Position numbers and translations under genes: made by a program. Positions 1-11,938 of a stretch of 35,023 bases of DNA are shown piece by piece (positions within the stretch are counted from its first letter, which is position 1; each line of letters opens with the position of its first letter). This DNA comes from Albugo candida (lineage: Eukaryota): contig JBDOQK010000069.1 in NCBI GenBank assembly GCA_040437565.1, forward strand, positions 124,001 through 159,023, written 5' to 3'. The notes beneath the pieces were generated by a model. The model saw only the letters and a program-made list of their open reading frames with translations. It ran no database searches and was not told where the DNA came from.

Positions 1-180
1 CGCATGATGACGGTTATGCGTGTCGTGATAGGGCAACTTGCACGGATAGTGATCTTCGAACTATCTGGAAGGAGTTATCAGTTTATAAGAGGATTCATAC
101 AGTTATTCTTATCAGTGCTTTTAACTCCTAATTTCACTTTCTTTTTTTCAGCAATGAGTAGTAGTTGTGCTTTCGTTGTT
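1..180 (+). repeat. 5' LTR of copia #1 (partial)
   Basis: Aligns to about 2125-2303 with roughly 35 differences in 178 nt; shared blocks include TGATCTTCGAACTATCTGGAAG. Confidence 0.9.
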
Positions 181-194
181 GGTCATGAGCCCAG
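181..194 (+). promoter_or_regulatory. Primer-binding site, half-tRNA-iMet type, containing the gag ATG
   Basis: GGTCATGAGCCCAG resembles the copia PBS GGTTATGGGCCCAG, complementary to the initiator tRNA-Met anticodon arm. ATG at 185 is in frame with gag. Confidence 0.8.
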
Positions 195-1196
195 CTACGT
201 TAGCTCGCAATGAGATCCTCACGGATGACAACAATTTCATGTGGGAATTTAATGCACGCATGACCCTCGCGCGCAAGAACCTTTTGGATCACGTTATGAT
301 CAAGCTAGAGCGAACAGTGCTGCAGGAGCATCCAGAATGGAAAGCCGCTGACATGAAGGCTTCGGCTGTGCTGGTGAAGCTTCTCCCTCCAACCTACAAG
401 TGTATGGTTCGGGAATGTGGGTCGGCCATTGAGGCTTGGGAGAATCTAAAGACGTACTTTGAGAAAAAAAACCGCCACAACCGAGTGCAACTTCGAAAGC
501 AACTCCATGAGTCTGTGATGGAGACTGGTGCAGTTCTCATGGATCATCTACTAAAGATTGATGAGCTGTGTCTAAAGCTCAGGGCCGCCGTTGACAGCAT
601 GGATAATGATGAAAAGCTGGTTTTACTTTTGGGAAGTTCATCATCCGAAAATGATGATATGGTACGCGTTATTGAAGCAAAAAGCAACGTGACACTGCTG
701 GACACAAAAGAAATGCTCCACCGGGGGTATGACACTCTTCAGAGGCTAGACAAGAACGAACTCGCTTTCACGGCACAATGTCAGGGTAATGAACCTCGCC
801 GCTTTCAAGGAAATCGAGGACACCATGGACAAGAAGAAAATGAAGTTCGCCACTAAAATTGTGGAAGAGGATATGCTAACGCTTGATTTCAAGGCAAGTG
901 TTTCAGATGTGGAAGGCACGGACACAAAAGATCGCAGTGTCGCAACGTGAAAGCATCGAAACCTGGTGATGAACCTGTTTTTTTGGCATCCAGTGGCGAA
1001 ACAATTCCAAGTTCGACTTGGTTGCTGGATAATGGGGCATGTCGTCACATGACTGATGAAAAGCGTGAATTCGTGGAATTTGAAGATTTAAGTACCCCAA
1101 TTTGCATCACTGTGGCGAATCGACAGCAGTTAAAGGCAGAATGAACAGGCACAGTACAATTTATACTCGAGAATGGTCGGTAAAGCTAACAGAGGT
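185..1196 (+). pseudogene. copia gag-protease with in-frame stops at 854, 884 and 1142
   Basis: MSPATLARNEILTDDNNFMWEFNARM (copia gag N-terminus), then in the same frame CFRCGRHGHKRSQC (CX2CX4HX4C, from 899) and WLLDNGACRHMT (aspartic protease, WxxDSGAxxHM-like). Confidence 0.9.
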
Positions 1197-1296
1197 NNNN
1201 NNNNNNNNNNNNNNNNNNNNNNNNNNNNNNNNNNNNNNNNNNNNNNNNNNNNNNNNNNNNNNNNNNNNNNNNNNNNNNNNNNNNNNNNNNNNNNNN
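1197..1296. other. Assembly gap (100 N)
   Basis: N run between protease and RT C-terminus of copia #1. Confidence 0.99.
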
Positions 1297-2100
1297 GTTG
1301 GAAACATGTTTTTTCTTTGATAAAAACTAAAAAAAATCTGCTCGAAGTTTGAGCAAAGTGGACCCTATGCAGTTCGCAATCCTATCTGTTCATGTCAGGA
1401 CTCAACTCCTAATGAGTTACACCCAGACAGCACTTCGTATCGCAAATTGGTTGGTTCGCTGCTGTATATTGCGAACGCAACGCGACCAGATATTAGCTAT
1501 GCGATGTCAGTATTATCGCAGTACTTGGACCAGCCACGGCAGATGGACTGGCGTGCGGCTTTACGGGCTTAACATTAAATTATGCGAGCAAAATCGCACG
1601 GAATCGCGGACAAGAAATCGGACGCAAAAGATTAAAAGATTATGCGTCGGACTTACTGTAACGCAAATTAGAGAAATGACAAGAAAACTCGTCGATCTAC
1701 ATCAAGTGTTTCGATTTTGCTCGGTGGCGAGGTTGTCGTACATAAAAGCAAACGCCAAACCTTGGTAGCTTTATCATCTTCTGAAGCGGAATATAGCACT
1801 AGGTACACAAGAAATTATAGGGATCCGTTATTTGCTGAGAGACTTTTGTCTCGTGCAAGACAGCGATTACATTCCACATGAACAGCAAGTCGGCGAGAAG
1901 TATTGCGACGAATCAAGATTACACACCAAGAGCTAAGCACATTCACCTCAGGTTGCATTTTGTTCGCGACCACGTTGACCAAGGCGACATCCAACTCAAG
2001 CATATTCCGCCAGCTATGAACTTGCTGATTACCTGACGAAGCCATTTTGTGCACCGCTATTACTGCATACGCGATGAAAGTGGAATTCGCGAGGGTGAAA
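1297..2100 (+). pseudogene. copia RT C-terminus and RNase H, frameshifted
   Basis: YRKLVGSLLYIANATRPDISYAMSVLSQY (from 1438), KRQTLVALSSSEAEY, RAKHIHLRLHFVRDHV and LADYLTKP, spread over different frames. Confidence 0.9.
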
Positions 2101-2112
2101 GTTAAAGGGGAG

Positions 2113-2324
2113 TGTAGGCGATTAAGCATCACAACGGTTATGTGTGTCGTGAATTGGGCAACTTGCATGGACACTGATCTTCGAACTATCTGGAAGAAGT
2201 GATCAGTATATGAGGGGATTTATACATTCGTTCTTTACATTGTTTTTAACTCTTGATACAACTTTCCATTTTTCAGCCCTGGGAAGTAGTTATGCTTTCG
2301 TTATAGTAGCAACCCCCTCTACCA
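2113..2324 (+). repeat. 3' LTR of copia #1
   Basis: Starts TGTAGG right after the polypurine tract at 2104-2112, ends near CTCTACCA, and repeats 1-180. Right end uncertain by a few nt. Confidence 0.85.
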
Positions 2325-2561
2325 TACAGGCCCAGTTGCTCACATGTGGCAAGAGCAATGTCTCTATACCGATCCCGGAAAACTGATCAGCAAAGATTAA
2401 CTTCGTAGCCCAGTCGCGGCGACTCAAGGGGTCTTTACGGAACTGAAAGATCCGGAAACCCGAACGGCGGTCATTGTGGCCCAACACACCCTTTTTGCCC
2501 CTGTCTTTCGGGCTCCTATCTCGCCCAAGAAATAATGGTTCTTGTCTTAGCAAATGCGTAG

Positions 2562-2798
2562 TGCTGGTGGTGATAAAATGAAAACTACAATATATTTAGG
2601 TCCTTGGTTCGCGAACTCGCTTGCTACTCCAAGCCTACTGGATTCTTCGACTATACCCTGATAGTTTTTCATACCGCGCATTACTAATCGTATAGTCGCG
2701 CATTAGAAATCACCTGGACGCGCGTCAGTAATTCTGTGCCTTTACTAACACGCATCATATGATAAAGTAACCTGACAACACCACACCCTTCTTCAACA
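2562..2798 (-). repeat. Putative 3' LTR of copia #2
   Basis: Begins TGTTG on the minus strand at 2798, right after the PPT. The far end at 2562 (plus-strand TGCTGG) is a guess because no partner LTR is in the window. Confidence 0.6.
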
Positions 2799-4580
2799 CT
2801 CCTCCTTGCCATCACAACAGCAGCAGCTTTGCTAGTGTAAACCCATCAGCAGCCGGAGCTTGGCGAGCTTGTGCTTCTCTTCTGTCTTGGTCAATAATCA
2901 GCAAGCATGGGATCGGAGTGAACGTAGGACGGCTCAAGTATGCCACGAAGGGCAAAGTCCTTCACAAACTTGAGGAGCACATAGATATGTTTTGCTCTCA
3001 TGGACGAAGCCTCACCTCATTCTGGTTGATAGCCGCTTGATTATCCACATGCAACTTCATGGGCATAGACGATGCAAGCCCCACTTTTAGCAGCATTTCC
3101 CTTATCCTAAGGAGTTCGCGTGCCGCTACGGACGGTGCCAGAAACTCGGTCTCCATCGTCGAAATCAAACCCCTCTTGCTTTTTCGTCGACCGGCTCACG
3201 GGCATTCCACTGAATAACAGCATCGCTCCAGTTAGGGACTTTTTGCCATCCTTGTCCGATGCGAACTCCGCATCGCTATATGACTGTAGATTAACAGCAT
3301 CTTCACCATCAGTACAGGCACGCATCTCGAGCCTTATATTCTTGCTTGCCGAAAGGTACCTTGCAATCTCCTGCCCAATTTCTAGTCTTGCTCCCGCGGC
3401 TGGTGAGTTTGAGGCGTTGTCTTGAGCACCCCAAACGTGATGTCTGGGCGAGTGCACCGCGCTACCCACAACAAACTTCCAACGATGGTATGAATCTACC
3501 AGATTGAAGGTTTTTCAGGTTTTGCGTCCTTCAAAAGCAGGATACTTTCCGGTCCGGCTACGTCCTAGCAGTCCTTCCCGATGGGTGTACGCGTTGGGTC
3601 CGCAGAACCCAAACCGTGTTCCCGGAGCAACGCTTGTATCGCCTCCTCCTGATCCAAAGCATAGGAGTGCGCATCGGGCACCTTAACTGGAAATGCTAGA
3701 AATCTGTACACCTCTCCCAGGCTCTTGATTGAAAGCGATTCCATCGCCTTAAGAAACCAAGGGACCGATATGGCGTTTGTCGCCGTAACTAGGGTATCGT
3801 TGACGTACACGCCAGCTGAAGTCATATCATCACCGTCACGTTTTAGTGAAGGCACAAATAACTGACACACTGTTCAAATCCTGATTCCTTGACTCTCAAA
3901 TGCAACAGCTGGCTCCATAGTCTTCCCGCCTGTTTGAAACCATACAGGCTTTTGCTTCAACTCGAGTGCGACTTCAATTACACTGGACACTTCAAGTTCC
4001 TGAAGGTTTTCATCCTTGATCTTCATGCCTCTTTGTACGTGCAGCAATATCTCCAAATGCTCCTCCTGTTTAGCACTTTCATAGGCATCTGGAATGTCGC
4101 CATGTTTTGCAGGAACACCCCATATCCCCACAAGTACCAGGATCACTTTCAATGTTGACATGTCCATAACGGCAGCCAAGGTTAATGAGTAGTCAACACC
4201 GAAGACTTGTTCATTTTCGTATCCAACGAGTCTCGCCTTGAGCCGGTCCATTGCACCGGTTTGTCTGTCTTGTTCTTGTACACCCACTTACTGTACAACA
4301 TTTTTGCAGAGGCAGGTCGCCTGATCACGTTCCAAACTTCCTTGGACTCAAGAGAGTGGATTTCTTCGGACATTGCCTTGTTTCAACCTTCCGCCTTTGT
4401 GCTGAGCATCGTCTCAGTGTGCGTCTTTGGTCAGGTGCGTACACTTGTAGACACGGTGGCTACATCAATCTTCGTAGACCTTCGTTCTTGTTTCGACTGC
4501 TTAGGTGACCCACGTGTTGAATAGGGATCACACGTCCACTTCTTGAGCTTGCACTTTTCTTGTTTTCTCCATCACCAATG
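2562..4580 (-). mobile_element. Ty1/copia retrotransposon #2, 5'-truncated (RT, RNase H, PPT, 3' LTR)
   Basis: Minus-strand AMSEEIHSLE..KWVYKNK, RLKARLVG..QVFGVDY, HGDIPDAY, GVYVNDTLV (YVDD-derived) and YSDAEFASDKDGKKSLTG (RNase H). PPT AAGGAGGAG followed by TGTTG at 2798. Confidence 0.9.
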
Positions 4581-5854
4581 CATTCCTAAGTAATCTGCGA
4601 GTCTGCTTCAGAGTTACCATCATGGTCTTTTCGTTGCACGCTAAGTTTTAGTCGTTCATTCTGCACAATGATGCGCTTCCATCGCTCCGCAGATTTTAAA
4701 AGAACTCGGCTCATATGAGACGATCTGTACATTCGAACGAACGATAAACGATTGCGAGGATGTGGATGCTGGAGATTTTCGATTACAAAGCGCGCGGAAG
4801 CCAAATAAAAAGAGTACGAGCAGATGATGCAGATAACACTGCAGGATTTTCCAGAGAGATTCTCAGTACGTTGGAAAGTATAGAGAAGTCTATGCACTAG
4901 GAATTATAAATGATGCCGTCACGCTCAAACCAATTCCCAAAGCACGCCGCAACAAATTACAAAAGCAATCAAGGCGTGAAAGCGCGTGAGATAAGAATCG
5001 CAATCTAAACAACTTTTATTCTGAGAAAATGTTCAATTACACGTTAACCTATTTCTTTAATTTGAAAGCAGCTGATGTTTCCAAGTTTGAAATATTATTG
5101 CGATATTTAGCATCATATGTAATGATTTACTTGAGCATCTCATTGTCGCATATATCAGAGTCTTGCAATTGTGAACGAGAGCGACGAAGTCATGTATTAT
5201 TTATCAGGCTCCTGGGCATTGAGCTAGGATTTTTAGAGAACCGCTAGCATAATTTGATGCCAACGAACGAAAAACGATCGACGCTATTAACATCGCAAGC
5301 CATTTTCCTCTCAGTATTGTGACTGCGGGCATTGGAGATGGAACGTACGATTTTATGAAGCAGGATAAAGGTTCCCTTCACAGACGAAAATTAGAAAATT
5401 TGCAGCTCGTCGATTATCAATTACGTGTCACCCAATCCTTTTGAATGAGACGCAATATAATTCAAATAGAAAATCGCATCCAAATAGTCACTTTCTGTAG
5501 ACGTCAAAGTCAGTTTGAACTTGATACACTCATGAATCTCTAAGAACAGCATCCTGCAATTAGACGTCTCGGGTATCTCGAAGCGGATCCATTCAACTTC
5601 GGATATACCATTCCAGAGAACCACGTGCAGTCTCTACCACAGTCTGGCAACCAACCCGAACAAGTAGAGGCCCAGTATCTCCAGTTTCAGTCTCAATGAC
5701 TGTGGTTCCTCAGAAAGCGTAAACAACCACATGGATCATGGCACTGGACTCAATTTGTGATTTCGTGAGCATCATATACCGCGGGCTAAAATTCGATTGC
5801 CTCGACAAAGCAGCGACGCCGAAGCTCGGGGGTACTGCTTACCCAAGCACTGCA

Positions 5855-6870
5855 CAGTACCCTACCAAAAAGATTATCTTTTTTTATATTTGAAATTTCA
5901 TTTGACCACGCGCTCCCTTCCCGTACACTTGTCTCACATCCCAAGAATAAAGGTATGGCCACTCAAACTCTGGGAACTAAATCTTATCTATTGAGGGTTG
6001 AAGCCGTCTGGTCGTAATGAAATTGGCTGGTCAGAAACTCCCTTGATTGCAGCTCATTTCGGAATCAGTCAAAGACAATTATAGCGCACTGTGAAGCACA
6101 GCCGCAATGAAACCAGTAGTATTCCCAAAAAAAGCTCAGGACGACCAAAAAAACTTGATGAAATGGATGTTAGGCGCTAGGTTCGCAAATCAAGAATGAT
6201 CGGTGGGCAACAGAGACATCACCGTGAGCAACAACACGGCGACTTCATGAAACTAGATAATTTTCTCGCGTAGCGCTCAAAAAGCCATTTTTAAGTGCAA
6301 AGCATATCGCCTGTCGATTGGACTATGCACCGGGACATAAAAATGATACGAAGCAGTTCTGGAGTTCGGTCTCGTGGACAGATGAAGCCAGCTTTAAAAT
6401 CGGCAAGAATTCCTCAAGCCGCTTGTCTGGAGAACAGCCTATGAGAGGTACAATCTAGACTGTCTAGCGCCCTATTTCAGATCAGGGCGCTATTCAGTGA
6501 TGGTCTGGGGCGCCTTTCAAGAAAAAAAGAAGAGTCGATTAATCCGCATGGGTCGGAACTGGTGGAAAGCAGTTGTCTTTGTTGAAGAAGTCTATGATAT
6601 TGAATTGGGCAGATTTTGGGCTGAGCTCAATAGTCCTATATCAATGGAAGATGGCACTCCATTCCATCGAAGCATTGCCTGTATGAAATAGAGGGATGAA
6701 GGAGGCAACGCAAAGTTGAAATGAGCATCAAATTCCAAGACCTCAACCTAATCTAACGTGTGTGGGCGAGACTCAAAGATCAGATCCAAAAGGTTCTCAC
6801 CGCAATAAATGATGAAGAATTGTTGCAACAAATTAAGATTTTTGGTCCAAGATAGTTGAAGATTGGTTGA
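5855..6870 (+). mobile_element. Tc1/mariner DNA transposon relic (DD34E-type transposase pseudogene)
   Basis: SGRPKKLDEMDVRR, KPFLSAKHIACRLDYA, WSSVSWTDEASFKIG, SVMVWGAF, MEDGTPFHR and a degraded DLNxIxxVW motif, in Tc1 order. CAGTACCCTACCAAAA at 5855 resembles a left TIR; no right TIR seen. Confidence 0.85.
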
Positions 6871-8039
6871 AAAGCTTAGTCGACACCTTTTTTACGCCCT
6901 TTATTGTGGCAACCAAGACAGCCTTAATAGCCGCCACCAAGGATTTCAAGCTTCGAAGAATACTCACTCGCATGCTGAACTTACGGTGAAAAGCGGGCAG
7001 AAGACGTCTTCATCTGCTTGTTCTTTCTCATCCTTGAAGTCCCCCACCGTCAAGTATTCATTCGAGCTTGGACACCCCTCTCAAACTAACTCAACTGCAC
7101 AGTTCGAACCGAGATTCCTGCGGGAGAATTCGTTTAACTACCGGTTCGTTTGGAGAAAGAAGAAGCCTAGATCAACCTTCCCTACACTCGTACTGGGTTT
7201 AAGATCGCATTTTCCGCATCGGAAAATAACAACCGTGCATCCATCCCTTGCTTGGTCCAAGCAGAAAGCGGTGTTGTTCATGGCAACCCGCTGTACCGGG
7301 GCGAAGCTATTGAAAGCTTGATAGAGGAACAAAGTCTTCACAAAGGCCCGCAACTACTCTGGAACACGGCGCATCGTCGAGAACAAACTGCAACATTTCT
7401 TCTACGCCCTCAAAGTCCCAGGGACACGCCTAGTGGCAACAGCAGCCCAACCTACCGTTATTGAATCAGTCTCCCGGGAACCATCGATCGAGTCCCACAT
7501 AGTTTATGCCGATCACGCTATCTTGCGTGCTATCAGCAATACGCCAATCGACACGCATGGAGGTTCTTCCAGATTACATCGTCGTATTACTCATCGTTGT
7601 GGTGACAGTATCCCCTGCAAAGAAACCTTGTTGGTGGCATTATTCCCTAGTGACAAGGATCGCAACTTCACAGTGTTTCTCGCCGAATATGATCTCTATA
7701 TCTGGGCCTTTGCATCATCAATCGATATCGATTCGGTTAGTGCTGCTGCTCTCATCTCTAAAGATCATTTCACCTATCTTAAGTGTAGCCACTTCCTCCT
7801 AGTGTGGTTATGGCACTAGCCGCATTAGAATTAGCCACTTATGTCCTTTCTAAGGCTCCCTAGTCTATGTCGTCTCCTTGGATACACATTCTCTTGCCCC
7901 AAAGACGCTATGGAACACTTTAGCACTTCTTCCGCCATTGAAATCCGCGGCACGTCCGACACATTCGGTCGAGTGACAGTGAATTCCGCTGGTTCTTAAG
8001 CAGCCTTGGACCTCATCCGGCCTTTAACTAAACATGAAT

Positions 8040-8555
8040 GGTCTGAACCAAGTCAACCCAGCTTTCTATCGACAACTATTTCCCAACTTATCACACTCCA
8101 AAAAACTCGATTGAGTTGTGCCGATCATCAACAACGCAACTCGTATTTCATCAGTACCGTGGATTCCACCCGAAGATCTTTTTGTCTCCCTTGGAGGTTA
8201 CCAATGGTGTTGGACGTAATGGCGTGGGCCCAATCATCCTGTTACATCACCCCTTCGGGTCCTATGATCAATATCACCTCCAGATACATCACGAATGCAT
8301 ATCAAAGCCACTTCATGATTGTCGACACTTCCTTGGAACAGCAACACGTGTGGCTTCATGTCCTTTATGCACCTGATCAGCTTACCGCAAGAGTCACTTT
8401 CTTCGAATATCTCCCTACTTTCTTCCCGGATGATATTCAACATATCGTATTAGGGGACCTAAATGCTCTTATTGTCCCTTCCCTGGATTCTGGAGCATCA
8501 CAGCACAAGTGCCCGACTTCCGAGTTATTGGAGCTGGTCACATCAGTCCAGCAGA
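8040..8555 (+). mobile_element. Non-LTR (LINE) retrotransposon AP-endonuclease relic
   Basis: LITLQKTRL (xxLQETx), NGVG (other frame), HVLYAP, RVTFFEYL and HIVLGDLN..LD are EEP/APE endonuclease motifs. Truncated, with no RT downstream. Confidence 0.75.
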
Positions 8556-9025
8556 TTGATTTCCAAAACTCCATACTGGAGTTCTGTTATTTTTTTGCAA
8601 AGTCCAGTCTCTTTGCAGTGTGTGGATTGTTTAGAAAGAGCTTTTTATCCCTTACTCTAGCAGAAGACCAGCGGCAGGTAAAGTCTCTCTCGTTGTAGTC
8701 TGACCAGCTTCAGTTGGCATGTTGATGGTACTTTCGGCCAAAGTTGAACATCTTGCACCCTTGGTGCTATGAACTAGAATTCTGACGTCTCTTTTTGAAC
8801 ATTTTTTGCTATCCAGGGCTTTTCTTTGGCATAATTGTGTTCTCTTTCTTCCACCTCTCCATGATGCGTCGCATCTGTGGCTCATTTGTATTGAACGTGT
8901 AGGCAATTTCTACAACTGTTGTACCATCCTGCCTAATTAAAACAATGCGCAAATGTTTCTCGGCAGTCAAAGTATGTTTTAGTGCAGTTTCAGCAATATT
9001 TAAAAACTTTCGGGGTGCGGCAGTG
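8555..9025 (-). mobile_element. Second Tc1/mariner relic (N-terminal HTH half of the transposase)
   Basis: Minus-strand RIVLIRQDGTTVVEIAYTFN..RRIMERWKKENTIMPKKSPG, KKCSKRDVRILV and KKLFLNNPHTAKRLDFAKK..FWKSI, ending just before the WxDE motif. TIR-like CACTGCCGCACCCCGAAAGTTTT starts at 9025. Confidence 0.75.
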
Positions 9026-11514
9026 GTTTGTTCCAAGGCAAGTTTGCGATTGAGTGGAGAGATTAAGAAAAAGCAAACAACTATTTTCGTCCAGGTCCAG
9101 GTGGAAGACATGCCTTCCACTATTCAACTTACCGCATACGTCAGGTCGGATCTATCTTCTCGCTATCTCTTCCCCTTCTAGGGATATGACTTAGGTATAT
9201 ATTTCAAACAACTATTCGTCAAGATCATTGCTTTTTTTAGCATTTATGAAAAGAATAACACTTGCGTGTCGTATGAGTAGTGCCTCAGTTCAAGTCTTCG
9301 CTGAATGAAACGTTTCGAAACGTTCTCTAAATTTCTACAACAGTAGGTACGAATTTCTAAGTATTACACTTTTTCTATTCACGCATATTGAAAATCCACG
9401 GGAAATACATCCGACAGAAAGTAGAGGTGAGCTAGGATTTAGAAGAATGTCTCAACTACTTATAGAATATATTCCGCTCAAGTGCTCTAGTAAGTCATCC
9501 AAGGAGCGTGACATACTGCTCTTCACTTACGCAAATATGTTTTTAAATCCAAGAGGAGACAAGGTTTTGGCAAACTACAGAGTCACCGAAAGAGCACAAG
9601 TCACTGTCCAACTTCTCGATAGATAGTCGATATGTTCTATTAGAACATGGGCCATCATACAGATCTGATGTATTCTATCCGCATGTGAATTGAAGATCCA
9701 ATTTTATGCCATAATGGGAATCTAAAAAATTTCTATCATCGGATTTGGGCGTCGTATGGAAGTACCTGAATGTCGGTATTGCATGTTTAAAAACGGTAGA
9801 ATGATGATAAAAGTAGAGTGCTGATGAGGTTGTATTCTACCATATCAGCAAGCAGGGTGAGAACGTCAATACTACAATGTCCTTACGGGACTGCATACAG
9901 TACAGACCGGTGGTATCAACGTGAAAGAAGTTAAGTCCGTACTTGTACAAGATCATTTTCACACTACCTGCTTTCTACTTAACTTTCCAATCAATAACTA
10001 CGAGTAACTTTGATGATCGTATAAGACTTCTTGAGCAGGCTCGGGATGCTGATTGAATGGATTGTTTAACCTATGATTGGTGCAATTATTGATGAGCGTC
10101 CGGTGTCATCATTTTAAGAAAGCGTGAGCTCTTAAATTAGGATGAGAAGTTACTTCCTCCTCCAATTTGATATACACCCAAAACCAGAGCAATGTAGAGC
10201 CAATAAAACATAGTCAAGTTACATTTTTGTTTAACATACATTACCGAGCACTTTCAAAGCTATCAAATACTCCTATTGCTATTTATATTGTGTTGATCTA
10301 TGATGCGTCTCATAAAAGTCGTTTAACCTACCTCTTTTTTGGCCCTAGACTTAGTATGATCGATCAATTAATTTAATGATCAATCATGGCTGAAATGCTC
10401 AGTTTTGAGATACTGATTGATAGTGATCGTATATTCAATGTCCGATGTATTTGCTTTGTTGTCCTTTTCGATGATGTCATTGTTCATCTATACTTAAAAA
10501 TGAGATAAATTTTTCTGACCGCTGTGGGACGGAAATATCTACCCGGCACCTGACTACGTACTCAGTTAACTCATTGATAAATCTCGAGAAAGATGACAAG
10601 TGGGTGGTACAGTAAAAATATGACGATTGTGCAGACTGAATATCCGATTGGCAGAAGCGAATAGATTGGAAGATATCGCTGGTATCGCAGTGAGACGACT
10701 GAAATCAACAAGATGCCATTACACAATCTTTATCGCATTTTTCATTCTATAAAAATCCTTTCTTATTGAAAGAAAGGAGCTTTTTCGACTATGAGAGTCG
10801 CTCTAGTTCTATCAATTGTTATGAAAAGGCAAAGAATTGCAAGTATCGGGGAAACATTGAAGTTTTTTATATGATTTATCAAGGCGATATGTAAAACTGC
10901 AATTAGTGACGGCTCATGAAGAATAGTGATTTTGCTTTACAAAACATTACATTTTTGTGATAAGTACGAGTGCTCTTCCACTCGCGATCATTTTCTACCG
11001 TATCGGAAGCCGCTCATACTTAATTGGGTACGTCGTGGGGATATTTTAAAACAAAATATAGTTTAGAATGCCTCATTGCTTTGTACACTTATACAACCCC
11101 AAGACTGTTCATGTCATGTTTTAAACAAAGCGGGCAGATAAACACAAATTTGGTGCTGACTGAATCTAAGGCTCCAGCACTTGCACCATTTCATACTTTA
11201 ATTGGTCAAGAAAGCATGAAGCTATTTGATCCAGAACAGTAAAGCTGCTCCACCCTTATCAAAATCTATTTGTTCTTGCTCAACCATCTAATCTCGCTTT
11301 TGCTGCTGCATCCCATACGCCAACAAAGAAGACAACAAGGTGGTCTTGCGTTAAATCAACCAAGTCGCCAAAACAATTTCATCCCATCCCACATTCTCAC
11401 CAATCCAAATTATTTTAGCCTATATTCAAACGATCACGAATAGTAATCTAGAAGAAGAAAAACAAAGCAAGAGTATTATTGTGTACTTCGGAAATCTCAT
11501 CTCGACCAAAGTAC

Positions 11515-11938
11515 TGTTAGGAATTATGCACGTAGCGTGTTAGCGAAACTTTAGCGAATAAAGCTAAGAAGTGACTAATATGCTATATTTTTGTATGACC
11601 CCATCAAATTACATTTATTACGCTTTCTTAGGCATGAAAACTGTCGTACAGAAAACTTCGGCCAGCGCAGAAAGTGACTAAGACACTCTTTGATACTATC
11701 AATTCGCCACTCACAACGATGAAAGTGACCAACCTAACACCGGTGTATCTTTTAAGTGGACGCAAAAGTAGAGATTGCGAGTGAGTGGCATCAAAGGAGA
11801 GAGGAATGCCGTACAAGGAGTGCGCGCAAGAAAAGTCGCGTACCATCAAATACTCTATACTAACGTATCATTAGCGCAGCCCTTCTTAGAATTGTAAGAT
11901 CGTACGTGTATGCGTATGTGCAAGAGCCATGATCAGCA
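11515..11938 (-). repeat. Putative 3' LTR of copia #3 (about 424 bp)
   Basis: Plus strand starts TGTTAG and ends TCAGCA (TG...CA), followed by pyrimidine tract TTCCTCC (minus-strand PPT). No second copy in the window. Confidence 0.5.

Larger units (their letters stand above)
1..2324 (+). mobile_element. Ty1/copia LTR retrotransposon #1, decayed (5' LTR cut by the window edge; integrase and most of RT not visible, at the 1197-1296 gap)
   Basis: LTR copies at 1-180 and 2113-2324 (about 80% identical by eye). PBS at 181-194, gag, CCHC knuckle, protease, RT C-terminus, RNase H, and PPT AAAGGGGAG directly before the 3' LTR. Confidence 0.93.

Noticed and set aside
1349..1768. 139-aa ORF as an independent gene
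   Set aside because: It is an off-frame reading of the copia #1 RT/RNase H region.
9309..9324. 16-bp palindrome AACGTTTCGAAACGTT
   Set aside because: About one such palindrome is expected by chance, and the spacing does not fit a heat-shock element.
5220..9440. TGAGCTAGGATTT at 5220-5232 and 9428-9440 as a LINE target-site duplication
   Set aside because: Several exact 13-mer repeats are expected by chance in 35 kb, and there is no poly(A) tail or matching element boundary.
9796..9840. C/D-box snoRNA or hammerhead core (ATGATGA...CTGATGAG inside GTAGAAT/ATTCTAC)
   Set aside because: The C-to-D distance is far too short for a snoRNA, and there is no stem II followed by GAAA for a hammerhead.
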